Translations under genes and position numbers: made by a program
Notes under the pieces: generated by a model
What the model was told of the DNA's origin: nothing
The model's database searches: none
What the model saw: only the letters and a program-made list of their open reading frames with translations
Origin: Candidatus Spongiisociaceae bacterium
Lineage (GTDB): Bacteria; Actinomycetota; Acidimicrobiia; Spongiisociales; Spongiisociaceae
DNA length: 64,000 nucleotides
Reading direction: 5' to 3'
NCBI GenBank assembly: GCA_965262915.1
Contig: OZ253564.1
Span: 480,001-544,000 of the forward strand
Part shown: positions 1-9,476 of the stretch, piece by piece
How positions within the stretch are numbered: the first letter of the stretch is position 1
Layout of the letters: every line of letters starts with the position of its first letter

Positions 1-775
1 CGGTGGGCTGCGCCCGGAACCAGGCTGCGGCGCTTTCTGCCGTTCTACCACCGACTATGTCGAACCGGCTGGTGGCCTCCCACGTCGACGACAGAGGTGC
101 ACCAGACCTTGGTGCGCCACCGGCCTTTCCGCCAGAACAACGCTTCTTGTCGATGCCCACAGCTTGGACCTCGCCTATCCGGTCGGTGTCGGCCCCCAGG
201 AGGGCTTCGCCCCAGCGGCCGACCTCGTTGTTCACCGTATGCCACCCACAACCAAGCTCTGCGGCGACCTCGTCGACCGGGCGACCCCGCCCACCCACCC
301 CGATGGTCACCCACCTCGCCGCTCGGGATGTCAACAACGCCCGTTGGGGACCAATCGTGGGGTCTTGCTCGATGAACGATCTGAGCGCACAGTCGGTGTT
401 CGGACATGTCCAACGGCGTTTCCGCCACCGCAGCCGAACCGGACGGCCGAACGCCGGTAAATCCACCAACACCACCGTCCGCTCACCCTTGGACCACACC
501 GGGCCACCACAGGCCTCACAGGACGGGCGGGGCTTGCGAGACCCGATCACCACCCCAAGCGGTGCACCCTCGCCCGAGTCGTTGATCCCTACCAGGTCAA
601 CGTCGCCTAGGCCTACCAACTTCTCGCACATGCGCGCAGGGATCAGCTTCCACAGGGGTCCTCCTGCCTCGGATGTCGCTTATCAACAGCCGATTATGGA
701 GGACCCCTCCTCACTTCTGGTGGATTCCGATCCCCCCTGACAGATCCCCTACTCCCCACCCATTCGCGAAGAGCC
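1..775 (-). mobile_element. ISL3-family IS, left end and 5' part of frameshifted transposase (runs off window)
   Basis: Stitched minus-strand frames give CEACG..DLPAFGRPVRLRWRKRRWTC (zf-ISL3), AAELGCGWHTV (HTH) and VGID/EALFW (DDE start); terminal GGCTCTTCGCG ends at 775. Confidence 0.85.
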
Positions 776-782
776 ACTTTAC

Positions 783-1215
783 GTGGGTATCCGCATCGCG
801 GAGAACGAAGGATGGTTCAAGGGTTACGGTGACGGTACGCTGAGACTTGACGAGACGATTACCGCCGCCCAGATCGCCAAGGTCGTGGACCGGCTGTACC
901 CGGATGGGGCGACGCGTGCGGAGGTGGCGAACTTCCTAGCCGCGGGCAGTATCGGTGTGTTGTAGAAAAACCTGGTGGTGGAGGTCAGCCAAGCCAACCG
1001 CACGGTTACCGTGTCGAACCTTGGTAGCTACCCGGCCGACCTGCACGGATACGAACTGTCATGGCAAGCAGATGGCGAGGACGAGCAGCGGGATTATATC
1101 TTCGAGGCGGTCACCATTTGAGCCGGGCGGTGTCCACACTGTCGGGGTTGACGCACCACCCGAAAGTGCCACCCTGAACAACCGGTACACACTCCAAATC
1201 GCAGCCAGTGGCTAG
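783..1215 (+). pseudogene. SLH-domain surface protein remnant, with possible lamin-tail-like segment
   Basis: GWFKGYGDGTLRLDETIT..ATRAEVA SLH motif; after an in-frame TAG the frame continues VTVSNLGSYPADLHGYEL; bounded by ISL3 and IS630. Confidence 0.6.
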
Positions 1216-2386
1216 TGTCCTGATTCCTTAGTTTCTTTGCCATATGCTGCTAGAATATGCAGGTCAGTAGCAGTCAGTAGTGGGAGCAGCGTATGGAGAA
1301 GCAGCGGGGTCGTAAAGCAGTGGTTATCGAGCTGGATGAAGAGGAACGCCAGACGCTCGAGCGGTGGATACGGCGGCGTAGCACCGCACAAGGGTTAGCG
1401 ATGCGGTCTCGTATCGTGCTGGGAGCGGCCGAAGGCCGCACCAATGTGGACATCGCAGCGGAGGTGGGCTGCAGCGGGGTTACGGTCTCGAAGTGGCGGA
1501 ACCGTTTCGCCCGGCGCCGTCTCGACGGCCTCTACGACAATCCCCGCCCCGGGCCGCCCCGCCGCATCGACGACGCCAAGGTAGAAGAAGTGGTGGTCAA
1601 GACCCTCGAGGAAACACCGAGAGACGCGACGCACTGGTCGACCCGGTCCATGGCGAGGGCCGTCGGCCTGTCCCAGTCGTCGATCCTAAGAATATGGCGG
1701 GCGTTCGGTCTCAAGCCGCACCGGACCGAGCATTTCAAGATATCTCCCGACCCCCAGTTCGTGGAAAAGGTCCGCGACCTGGCGGGTTTGTACCTGAACC
1801 CGCCCGACGCGGCGGTGGTGCTGTGTGTGGACCACAAATCCCAGATACAGGCCCTCGACCGCACCGCGCCGATCCTGCCCCTGTTGCCCGGAACCCCCCA
1901 GCGGCGCACCCACGACTACCGCCGGTACGGCACCACCAACCTCCACGCCGCGCTCGACACGGCCACCGGCCGGGTCATCACCTCCATGACACGACGCAAC
2001 CGCACCCAAGAATTCCAGACGTTCCTAAACCTCATCAACCGCGAAGTCCCACCAGAACTCGACGTCCATGTCGTGTTGGACAACGCGTCGCCCCACAAAA
2101 CAGAGCCCATAGGGCGCTGGCTGCAACGCCATCCACGGTTCACGTTCCATTTCACACCCACCTACGCGTCGTGGATGAACCTCGTCGAGCGATGGTTCTC
2201 CGAACTCACCACCAAACAGATACGCCGAGGCACCCACCGATCCGTAGCCGAACTCACCGACGCCATCAACCAATGGACCCAACACTGGAACCAAAACCCC
2301 AAACCCTTCATCTGGCACAAAACCGCCGACCAAATCTTCGACAACCTCACCAACTATCTACAACGAATCCCCGAATCAGGACACTA
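1213..2386 (+). mobile_element. IS630-family element
   Basis: Inverted ends TAGTGTCCTGATTC / GAATCAGGACACTA with TA duplication. Confidence 0.92.
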
Positions 2387-2387
2387 G
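1293..2387 (+). CDS. IS630 transposase
   Basis: HTHs, VLCVDHKSQIQAL, VVLDNASPH, TPTYASWMNLVERWF. Confidence 0.95.
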   Translation: MEKQRGRKAVVIELDEEERQTLERWIRRRSTAQGLAMRSRIVLGAAEGRTNVDIAAEVGCSGVTVSKWRNRFARRRLDGLYDNPRPGPPRRIDDAKVEEVVVKTLEETPRDATHWSTRSMARAVGLSQSSILRIWRAFGLKPHRTEHFKISPDPQFVEKVRDLAGLYLNPPDAAVVLCVDHKSQIQALDRTAPILPLLPGTPQRRTHDYRRYGTTNLHAALDTATGRVITSMTRRNRTQEFQTFLNLINREVPPELDVHVVLDNASPHKTEPIGRWLQRHPRFTFHFTPTYASWMNLVERWFSELTTKQIRRGTHRSVAELTDAINQWTQHWNQNPKPFIWHKTADQIFDNLTNYLQRIPESGH

Positions 2388-2409
2388 CCCATACCGCTGC
2401 TATCGCCGG

Positions 2410-2781
2410 ATGGGCGGAATCCTCTACGTATTGATACGTCATACCGGGGTGTTCGAGCCGTCGCCCGCAGAAGTTCAATGCGCCACCTTGAACGGCACCA
2501 TCGAACTATCGACGACCGGGGGACGGGTGTGCGATCGTCACCCAAAGACAGCAGAAGGCGAGCTATTCGGCCCGGAGGACTTCGCCGTTGACGAATGGGC
2601 CGCCGTGCCGCAGGCGTCAGAGAAGGAGCGTCACTGCCGAGATACTGATGGCACCGTAGTGTGGTCAACCAACGGATCGAAGATATGCGACATACCGCCC
2701 ACAACTGGTCCTGGCCAGAACTTCGGAGCGGAGGACGGGGGCATCGTCGAAGGCTGGTTCGTCAATCCATACGGAGAATAG
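2410..2781 (+). CDS. hypothetical Cys-containing protein, probably C-terminal part of the IS-disrupted surface gene
   Basis: Coding-like ORF; its frame is open back to the IS630 insertion point. Confidence 0.4.
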   Translation: MGGILYVLIRHTGVFEPSPAEVQCATLNGTIELSTTGGRVCDRHPKTAEGELFGPEDFAVDEWAAVPQASEKERHCRDTDGTVVWSTNGSKICDIPPTTGPGQNFGAEDGGIVEGWFVNPYGE

Positions 2782-2939
2782 ACCGCGTCTAGAAGCCCAA
2801 GACGGGGGCAGCACCCTTGCGGAGAACGCCACTAGCCAAACAAACCCCCGTCACCTCCCGGAGTCTCGCAGCGGAGGGTCCCCCGCTGCCGCCAGCGGTG
2901 AACAGCCAGGTAACCGGGCATGTCAGGCAGCGGCGGAGG

Positions 2940-2963
2940 GTTCAAGTCTCACTTCTGGTACCA
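2940..2963 (+). other. tRNA 3'-end fragment (att-like site)
   Basis: GTTCAAGTCTCACTTCTGGTACCA = T-loop, 3' stems and CCA, with no 5' tRNA half. Confidence 0.55.
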
Positions 2964-3214
2964 CACTCCACCGGGAAAGCACCCTAAATCAGCCTCCCGG
3001 AAACCAGCCAGCCCGGCGCCGAAACGCGACATTACCCCGAGTCAAGTTCAGGGGGACGCTGACTTCCTGGCGTTGGGCCGCACGAGTGTCCCCGTTTGAG
3101 TTTCTGGTTGGGCGGCTTGGGTGCAGCCCGACTGCTGAACGGCCTGATCCAGCCGGGCGAGGAAGAGCCGTTGGCATATCCGGGTTCGGTGTTTCTGGTG
3201 GGGCCGGTCTCGAG

Positions 3215-3365
3215 GGGGTCCGGCGGTCAAGCGAGAGCGCCAGGATCCGGGGGTCGGCGATGGCTCCGACGCCGTGTCCGACCCGGTCGGTGGCGAGTGC
3301 CTTGATGGACGCCCGGATATGGTCGGCGGCGTGAGGTTCCAGTGATTCCTCGGCGTGGGAACAGC
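3215..3365 (-). pseudogene. adenosine deaminase-like fragment
   Basis: Minus frame FHAEESL..HIRASIKALATDRVGHGVGAIADP resembles the ADA HAGE/RIGHG region. Confidence 0.55.
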
Positions 3366-3373
3366 TTCTGGGT

Positions 3374-4786
3374 TTAGCGGGAGCGGATGCCGGCCCGGAC
3401 GCTGATCGCCGCGGATCGCTCGGCGGCGTCCCGGTACAAGGTGCGCTCCTCGGCGGCCGTGAGCCAGGTCATCTGCCTGTTTCTCATCACGATCCTACCG
3501 TCGATGATCACCGTGTCCACCTCGTTGCCGTAGGTCTGGAACACGATCGCCGAGGGTAGGTGGTGTGTAGGCGTCATCTGGGCGCGTCCGAGGTCGACGA
3601 GGATGATGTCGGCGCGCTTTCCGGCTTCGATCGAGCCGATCTCCTTGTCCATCCCCACCGCCCGAGCGCCGTTGATCGTCGCCATCTCCAGGACCTGCTC
3701 GGCTGTCAGGGCCGAAGGGTCGTCCGCCAATGCTCGGTGCACCAGGACCAGGGTCTTCATATCCGAGAGCAGGTTCACCGATCCGTTGCAGTTCACGTCG
3801 TCGGTGCCGACGGCGAGGGTCACTCCGGCCTGCAACAGCTCCGGAACCGGAGCCATCCCCATGGCCAGGAAGCAGTTCGACACCACCTGGGTGCAGCCCT
3901 TCACGTCGGCTGCCTTGAGGAGTTCGATGTCGCGCCGGCTCAGGCCGACACAATGCCCGGCCAGGAGACGGTGGTCGAGGTGTCCCCTGCTGTGCAGGTA
4001 CTCCGTGCTGCTCGGGCCGGAGGTCTCAGCTCCTGCGGGACCCTGCACGAGATGAAGGGTCCACATCGTGTTGTTGTCGCGGGCCATCCGCTGGCTGGCT
4101 CTCAGCATGCGCTCGGAGCAGATGGCCCCGACAGGCGAGGGCCATATCTGGATCCGGCCCTCCGATGATCCGTTGTAGGCCCTGATGAGGCGCTCGAGGT
4201 CCGCCAGCCACTGGTCGGTGGGACGCCAGTTGTCGGTATGGACGACCTGCGGTTCCTTCTCCTGGAGCGAGCGGATCAGCTCCCGAACCTGATCGGGCTG
4301 TTCATCGAACATCATCCGGGCCACCATCGCCCGGACACCGGCCTCGGAGTAGGAGTCGATTGCCTGTCCGAGCGCTTTCAGGGTGTTATCGGGCCAGGCG
4401 TCCTCGTTGTCGACGAAGCAGGTCATCCCGGACCGGATCGCCTCCACGCAATAGAGCCGGGCAGCCGTGCGGATGTCGCTCAACTCGTATGCGGCAAGAC
4501 CCGGATGCACGACGTTCGTCAGCCAATCCCACACCCGGCGCCCCTCGTTGGCCACATATCCGCGCAGGAGAATCTGCGGAACGTGGGTATGGCAGTTGAT
4601 CAGCCCGGGAAGCACCGCCATCCCCGAGGCGTCGATGATCTGGGAACCACGGGGTGGGCGGACCTCGGATGCCGGGCCGACCGCGGAGATGTGATGGTCC
4701 TCGATCACGACCACGCCGTCCTCGATAGTCCGGCGGTCCGGATCCATGGTGACCACGGTACCGCCGGCGATCGACTTCACCCCCAT
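3374..4786 (-). CDS. AtzA/TriA-like metal-dependent amidohydrolase (s-triazine hydrolase family)
   Basis: HTHVPQILLRG, RLYCVEAIRSG, MWTLH, QVVSN, GTDDVNCN, IVFQTYGNEVDTV match recalled AtzA/TriA blocks; start MGVKS at 4786. Confidence 0.85.
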   Translation of the reverse strand: MGVKSIAGGTVVTMDPDRRTIEDGVVVIEDHHISAVGPASEVRPPRGSQIIDASGMAVLPGLINCHTHVPQILLRGYVANEGRRVWDWLTNVVHPGLAAYELSDIRTAARLYCVEAIRSGMTCFVDNEDAWPDNTLKALGQAIDSYSEAGVRAMVARMMFDEQPDQVRELIRSLQEKEPQVVHTDNWRPTDQWLADLERLIRAYNGSSEGRIQIWPSPVGAICSERMLRASQRMARDNNTMWTLHLVQGPAGAETSGPSSTEYLHSRGHLDHRLLAGHCVGLSRRDIELLKAADVKGCTQVVSNCFLAMGMAPVPELLQAGVTLAVGTDDVNCNGSVNLLSDMKTLVLVHRALADDPSALTAEQVLEMATINGARAVGMDKEIGSIEAGKRADIILVDLGRAQMTPTHHLPSAIVFQTYGNEVDTVIIDGRIVMRNRQMTWLTAAEERTLYRDAAERSAAISVRAGIRSR

Positions 4787-4793
4787 GGTGACC

Positions 4794-5231
4794 TCACCCG
4801 CCGGTGTCCCGGGCACCGAGCTCCTCGACGCGGTGGCGGACCAGCAGAAGGGAAGAGATCCGCCAAGCCCCGTCCACCTTGCGGTACTCCTCGTGGTAGT
4901 AGCCGTACCCTCTGGAACTGGTCTTCCCCGAAGTTGCCGGGTACTCGATGATGTCCACCATCGCCCAGATCCCCCGCGCCGTCGTTTCCGAAAGAATCTC
5001 GATGTCGGGCATCGAAACCCGGTGGAAGGATCGTCGGTCGGCAAAGTCCTCGGCGGAGCCGGCGAAGGTGTCCGCACCCCGTCCCTTCTTCCAACCCTGG
5101 AATTCGTAGATGATGTCGTCGGTGAAGAGGTTGCGGAGCTCATCTCGGCGGTTCAGATCGACAAAGCGACAGTAGCGTGCCTTGAGCCGTTTGATGTCTT
5201 CTATCGCTTGCAATTCCTCTATGGCATCCAT
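4794..5231 (-). CDS. SnoaL/NTF2-like protein (BaiE/LinA fold)
   Basis: IEDIKRLKARYCRFVD..LFTDD, GYGYYHEEYRKVDGAWRI. Confidence 0.85.
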   Translation of the reverse strand: MDAIEELQAIEDIKRLKARYCRFVDLNRRDELRNLFTDDIIYEFQGWKKGRGADTFAGSAEDFADRRSFHRVSMPDIEILSETTARGIWAMVDIIEYPATSGKTSSRGYGYYHEEYRKVDGAWRISSLLLVRHRVEELGARDTGG

Positions 5232-5397
5232 CGTCTCCTCTGCCTCCGGGAGTGGACCTCGACCGGTACGAGAGTGCCCATCACTATAAGGCGGGGTACC
5301 CTTTGGAGGCCGGGAAGGGCAAGGCAGCCAGCACCGTCAAGCCGGGTCACCTGAGGGAACCACGGTGCCTCCCGGCCGCGAACAGAGGAGGAAGAAG

Positions 5398-7110
5398 ATG
5401 GTCCGGATGACCGCAAGCGAGGCCTTTGTCGAGACCCTTGCCGCCCAGGGAGTGACCGACATGTTCGGCATCGTCGGGTCGGCTTTCATGGAGGCCCTCG
5501 ACATCTTCGAGCCGGCCGGGATCAGGTTCTGGCCGGTCGCCCACGAGCAGAACGCCGCGCACATGGCCGACGGCTACAGCCGGGTTTCGAACAGGCACGG
5601 TGTCTGCATCGGCCAGAACGGCCCCGGCATCACCAACTTCGTTACGGCGATCGCCGCGGCCTTCTGGGCACATTCACCCGTCGTCGCTATCACCCCGCAG
5701 GCGGGTTCCATCGGGGAGGGCCTCGGCGGGTTCCAGGAGACGGATCAGATGCCGATCTTCTCGAAGATCACCAAGTACCAGGTCGAGGTCAAGAGGTATG
5801 AGCGCATCGCGGAGCTCACCCACCGGGCCTTCACGCTTGCGATGGCGGAGCGTGGGCCGGTACAGATCAACATCCCGCGCGACTACTTCTACGGCGAAGC
5901 GGACTACGAGATCAGGGAGCCAATGGTGATTGAGCGCTCGGCGGGCGGGTCGGCCAGCCTGGCCGCCGCTACCCGGTTGCTGGCCGAGGCTCGGTTCCCG
6001 GTGGTCATGGCAGGTGGGGGCCTAGTGATGGGCGGAGGCCAATCCGAGGCTGTAGCCGTGGCCGAGTTGCTGGGAGCGCCCACCATCTGTTCCTACCTCC
6101 ACAACGACGCGTTCCCGGCCGGCCACGACCTGGCCTGCGGGCCCATCGGATACCAGGGTTCGAAAGCCGCGATGCGGATCGTGGCACAGGCGGACGTGAT
6201 CCTGGCCCTAGGAACCCGGCTCGGACCCTTCGGCACCTTGCCTCAGTACGGCATCGAGTACTGGCCGGAGGACGCCCGTATCATCCAAGTCGACGCCGAC
6301 CACCGGTCGTTGGGCCTCGTCAGGCCGGCCGAGGTGGTCATCCACGGCGACGCCGGGGCTGCGGCCGCCGAGTTGAACAGACGCCTCCAGGGCGTCGAGC
6401 TCACCTCGGCAACAACCCGCGATGACCGAATGGCCCGTGTCAGGGCGGAGAAAGAGGCCTGGAGCAGGGAACTCGATTCCATCTCCTCGTCACAGGATGT
6501 GCCGATGGCGCCCCGGACCGCGCTGCGGGAGTTGGAACTCGCCATGCCGGCGAACGCAATGGTCACCACCGATATCGGGAACATCTGCTCGGTGGCCAAC
6601 TCGTACCTGAGCTTCGACCGGCCCAACAGCATGTTCGCGGCGATGATGTTCGGCAACTGCGGCTACGCCTTCCCCACGGCGATGGGAGCGAAGGTTGCTG
6701 CTCCCGAGCGGCCCGCCATCGCCTACGTCGGTGACGGCGCCTGGGGCATGAGCCTGGCCGAGGTCATGACCTGCGTCAGGGAGAACATCCCTGTGGTGGC
6801 CGCCGTGTTCAACAACCGCCAGTGGGGCGCCGAGAAGCGGAACCAGATCGACTTCTACGACGACCGCTACGTGGCCACCATGCTGGAGAACCCGAGCTTC
6901 GCGGCCATCGCCCGGGCCATGGGCGCCGAGGGCGTAGTGGTGGAGAAGCCGGGAGAGGTCGGCGATGCCCTGCGAGCGGCGGTCGACTCGGAGCGTCCCA
7001 CCGTGCTGGAGATCCAGGTCAGCCGGGAACTGGGCGAGCCCTTCCGCAGGGACGCCCTCCAGAAGCCGGTGCGGCTCCTGGAGAAATACGCCAAATACAG
7101 CGCCGAATAG
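5398..7110 (+). CDS. xsc: sulfoacetaldehyde acetyltransferase (ThDP)
   Basis: EAFVETL..FGIVGSAFM, GDGAWG..NN ThDP motif, QWGAEKRNQ, ELGEPFRRDA C-terminal signature. Confidence 0.9.
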   Translation: MVRMTASEAFVETLAAQGVTDMFGIVGSAFMEALDIFEPAGIRFWPVAHEQNAAHMADGYSRVSNRHGVCIGQNGPGITNFVTAIAAAFWAHSPVVAITPQAGSIGEGLGGFQETDQMPIFSKITKYQVEVKRYERIAELTHRAFTLAMAERGPVQINIPRDYFYGEADYEIREPMVIERSAGGSASLAAATRLLAEARFPVVMAGGGLVMGGGQSEAVAVAELLGAPTICSYLHNDAFPAGHDLACGPIGYQGSKAAMRIVAQADVILALGTRLGPFGTLPQYGIEYWPEDARIIQVDADHRSLGLVRPAEVVIHGDAGAAAAELNRRLQGVELTSATTRDDRMARVRAEKEAWSRELDSISSSQDVPMAPRTALRELELAMPANAMVTTDIGNICSVANSYLSFDRPNSMFAAMMFGNCGYAFPTAMGAKVAAPERPAIAYVGDGAWGMSLAEVMTCVRENIPVVAAVFNNRQWGAEKRNQIDFYDDRYVATMLENPSFAAIARAMGAEGVVVEKPGEVGDALRAAVDSERPTVLEIQVSRELGEPFRRDALQKPVRLLEKYAKYSAE

Positions 7111-7119
7111 TCGGGGTCG

Positions 7120-7356
7120 AGAGACCGGCAAGCGAGGACCTGATGGATGCGGATCTGGAGGCCGCATACCATGAGATAGCGTCCGACGAAGCACGGGAGT
7201 CCGAGGCTCTGGAATAGTCCGAGGGATTGATCGGTGACGTGGCCGATGAACCGCGGTGACGTCCGGTGGGTAGCCTTCGATCCTGCGGTCGGGCGTGAGA
7301 TCCGCATAGACACACCCGGCTGCCATGCGCAGCTACGCCGCCGAATCGGGTGTTGA
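7120..7356 (+). pseudogene. MazE/MazF-like toxin-antitoxin remnant
   Basis: LEAAYHEIASDEARESEALE*SEGLIGDVADE overlapping MNRGDVRWVAFDPAVGREI (PemK/MazF N-terminus, truncated). Confidence 0.65.
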
Positions 7357-7458
7357 ATCGCGCCCAGGTGGCGCACATCCGCAACCCCGCTGGGACTGCA
7401 CACCCGAGGCGATACGTTGTATAGTGATTGTTGAAGATGCAAGCGAACGGGGCAGCGC

Positions 7459-7755
7459 CGATGACTTCTGTTTCTCCGGTCGACACGGACGAGGAGAGCC
7501 TCACGCTGGCTGATCTAGACGCATCCGTGGGGATGAATCCCGATAGGACCGGTGACTTCGCGGCCGGCCGGACGCATTTCCACACGAGCAGCGAGGAGTT
7601 TCTTGCATGTCCGGAGTCACAGACAGACCACTAACCAGACCGGAATGCCGACCCATGAGGAGTCTGCTGCGTTCTTGTACGATGTTCGGCATCTGACACG
7701 GGAGCAGCGGAGTCGCTTCCTCACAGCGCGATGCGGGGACCACAGCATTCTGTAA
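7459..7755 (+). pseudogene. second degraded TA pair (antitoxin fragment plus internally deleted RelE-like toxin)
   Basis: DFAAGRTHFHTSSEEFLA antitoxin-like end; MPTHEESAAFLYDVRHLTREQRSRF..GDHSIL has toxin N- and C-termini only. Confidence 0.5.
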
Positions 7756-7873
7756 GGGATCAAAGTATCATCCGGCCCGGTTGCGGTCTTTTCGTGAAGT
7801 CCGACGGTAATGTTCATACCCACCGGGGGTGTCCGCCGAGGCGACACCACCACTCCGGTACGGAGGAAGCGTC

Positions 7874-9454
7874 TTGCAATACGGTTTCGTGATCGACCAG
7901 ACCGCCTGCATCGGCTGTCACGCCTGCACTGTTGCTTGCAAGACCGAGCACGACGTTCCTCTGGGCGTTGACCGCACCTGGGTCAAGTACATCGAGCAGG
8001 GAACGTGGCCCGACACCACGCGGTCATTCTCGGTCATGCGGTGCAACCACTGCACCGACGCCCCGTGCGTCTCGATCTGTCCCACCGGCGCGCTCTTCCG
8101 ACGACCCGACGGCATAGTCGACTTCGACACGAGCCTGTGCATCGGCTGCAAGAGCTGCATGCAGGCCTGCCCGTACGACGCTCTCTACATCGATCCCCAC
8201 GACCACACCGCCCAGAAGTGCAACTACTGCGTACATAGGGTCGAGGTGGGGCTCGAGCCGGCCTGCGTGGTGGTGTGTCCCGAAGGCGCCATCATCTCGG
8301 GTGATCTCGACGACCCGACCACGCCCATTTCCCAAATGGTGACCAGAGAACGGTTGAGCCAGCGGTCTCCCGAGCAAGGAACCAGGCCGAACCTGTGGTA
8401 CAAGGGGGTGGACGAGGCCGCTATCGACCCGTTGGGCGCCGTCAACCCGGGCGACGGGGGTATCTGGCGTGACCCGGCGCCGTCGTTCATGACCATCGAC
8501 CTCACGCCATCCGCAGTCAAGGGAGGCAACGGGAACAAGAAGAAACCACCGTCCCCACGCCGCCCGCGGAACGACGCCCCTCCGCGGGTCGTCTACAACA
8601 CCGACCACCCGATGCCGTGGGGATGGCGGGTGTCGAGCTACTTTCTCACCAAAGGGATCTCTGCCGGGATCGTCATGGTGCTGGCGCTGTCACTCCTCTC
8701 GGGTGCCGACGCCCACACAGCGTTTGCTCGCTGGGGGGCTCCCCTCATAGCCGGGGCCTTCCTCGCCCTCACCGGAGTACTGTTGGTAGCCGACCTCAAG
8801 CGGCCCGACCGGTTCTACTACCTATTGACGAAGGGCCACACCGGCTCGTGGCTGGTCAAGGGCGCCTGGATCCTCGCTGTCCAAGCGGCAATACTCGGTC
8901 TCTGGTTCGTGTTCGGCGTCGCCGGCGCCGGCTTCGTGCCGGTGTTCATCTGGGCGGCCGCGGTGGTCGGTCTGGGCGTTGCCGGCTACACCGCCTTCCT
9001 GTTCGGCCAGGCCGAGGGACGAGACCTCTGGCAGAGTCCGACGCTGCTCTGGCATATGCTGGCGGGGGCGTTAGCGGTGGGCGGCGGTGCGGGGCTGCTG
9101 GCCGTCCCGGTGTTCGAGTTGGGAATGTCATCCCAGCGGACCTTTGCGTGGGCTCTCGTAGGCGGCACGGCGTTGCTGGCTGTTATCGGAGCGGTCGATC
9201 TCGTCTCGCGGCATCCGACGCGCAACCACGCCGCGGCTATGCACCACCTGACCAAGGGCGCCAATGCGAGAGAGTGGTGGCTGGGGGGCCAGGTGGTCGG
9301 GGTGGTGGCGCCTCTGGTGCTCGGAGTGGTCTTCCTGGCCGGTACGGGCGTCCCCCTCTGGGTGGCTGAATTGGGAGGCCTGGCGGCCCTGGTCGGCATT
9401 TGGTTCGCCGACGACGCGTTCGTCAGGGCGGGCCAGAGCGTGCCCCTATCGTGA
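7874..9454 (+). CDS. 4Fe-4S dicluster + NrfD/PsrC membrane-anchor fusion
   Basis: CIGCHACTVAC, CNHC..PCVSICP, CIGCKSCMQACP, KCNYC..PACVVVCP; ADLKRPDRF and multiple TM helices; TTG start after GGAGG. Confidence 0.9.
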   Translation: MQYGFVIDQTACIGCHACTVACKTEHDVPLGVDRTWVKYIEQGTWPDTTRSFSVMRCNHCTDAPCVSICPTGALFRRPDGIVDFDTSLCIGCKSCMQACPYDALYIDPHDHTAQKCNYCVHRVEVGLEPACVVVCPEGAIISGDLDDPTTPISQMVTRERLSQRSPEQGTRPNLWYKGVDEAAIDPLGAVNPGDGGIWRDPAPSFMTIDLTPSAVKGGNGNKKKPPSPRRPRNDAPPRVVYNTDHPMPWGWRVSSYFLTKGISAGIVMVLALSLLSGADAHTAFARWGAPLIAGAFLALTGVLLVADLKRPDRFYYLLTKGHTGSWLVKGAWILAVQAAILGLWFVFGVAGAGFVPVFIWAAAVVGLGVAGYTAFLFGQAEGRDLWQSPTLLWHMLAGALAVGGGAGLLAVPVFELGMSSQRTFAWALVGGTALLAVIGAVDLVSRHPTRNHAAAMHHLTKGANAREWWLGGQVVGVVAPLVLGVVFLAGTGVPLWVAELGGLAALVGIWFADDAFVRAGQSVPLS

Positions 9455-9476
9455 GCGGGATACGAGGAGCGGGAAC

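Noticed and set aside
4787-5143. N-terminal extension of the amidohydrolase in the ORF track
   Set aside because: Overlaps the SnoaL gene in another frame; family similarity starts at MGVKS (4786).
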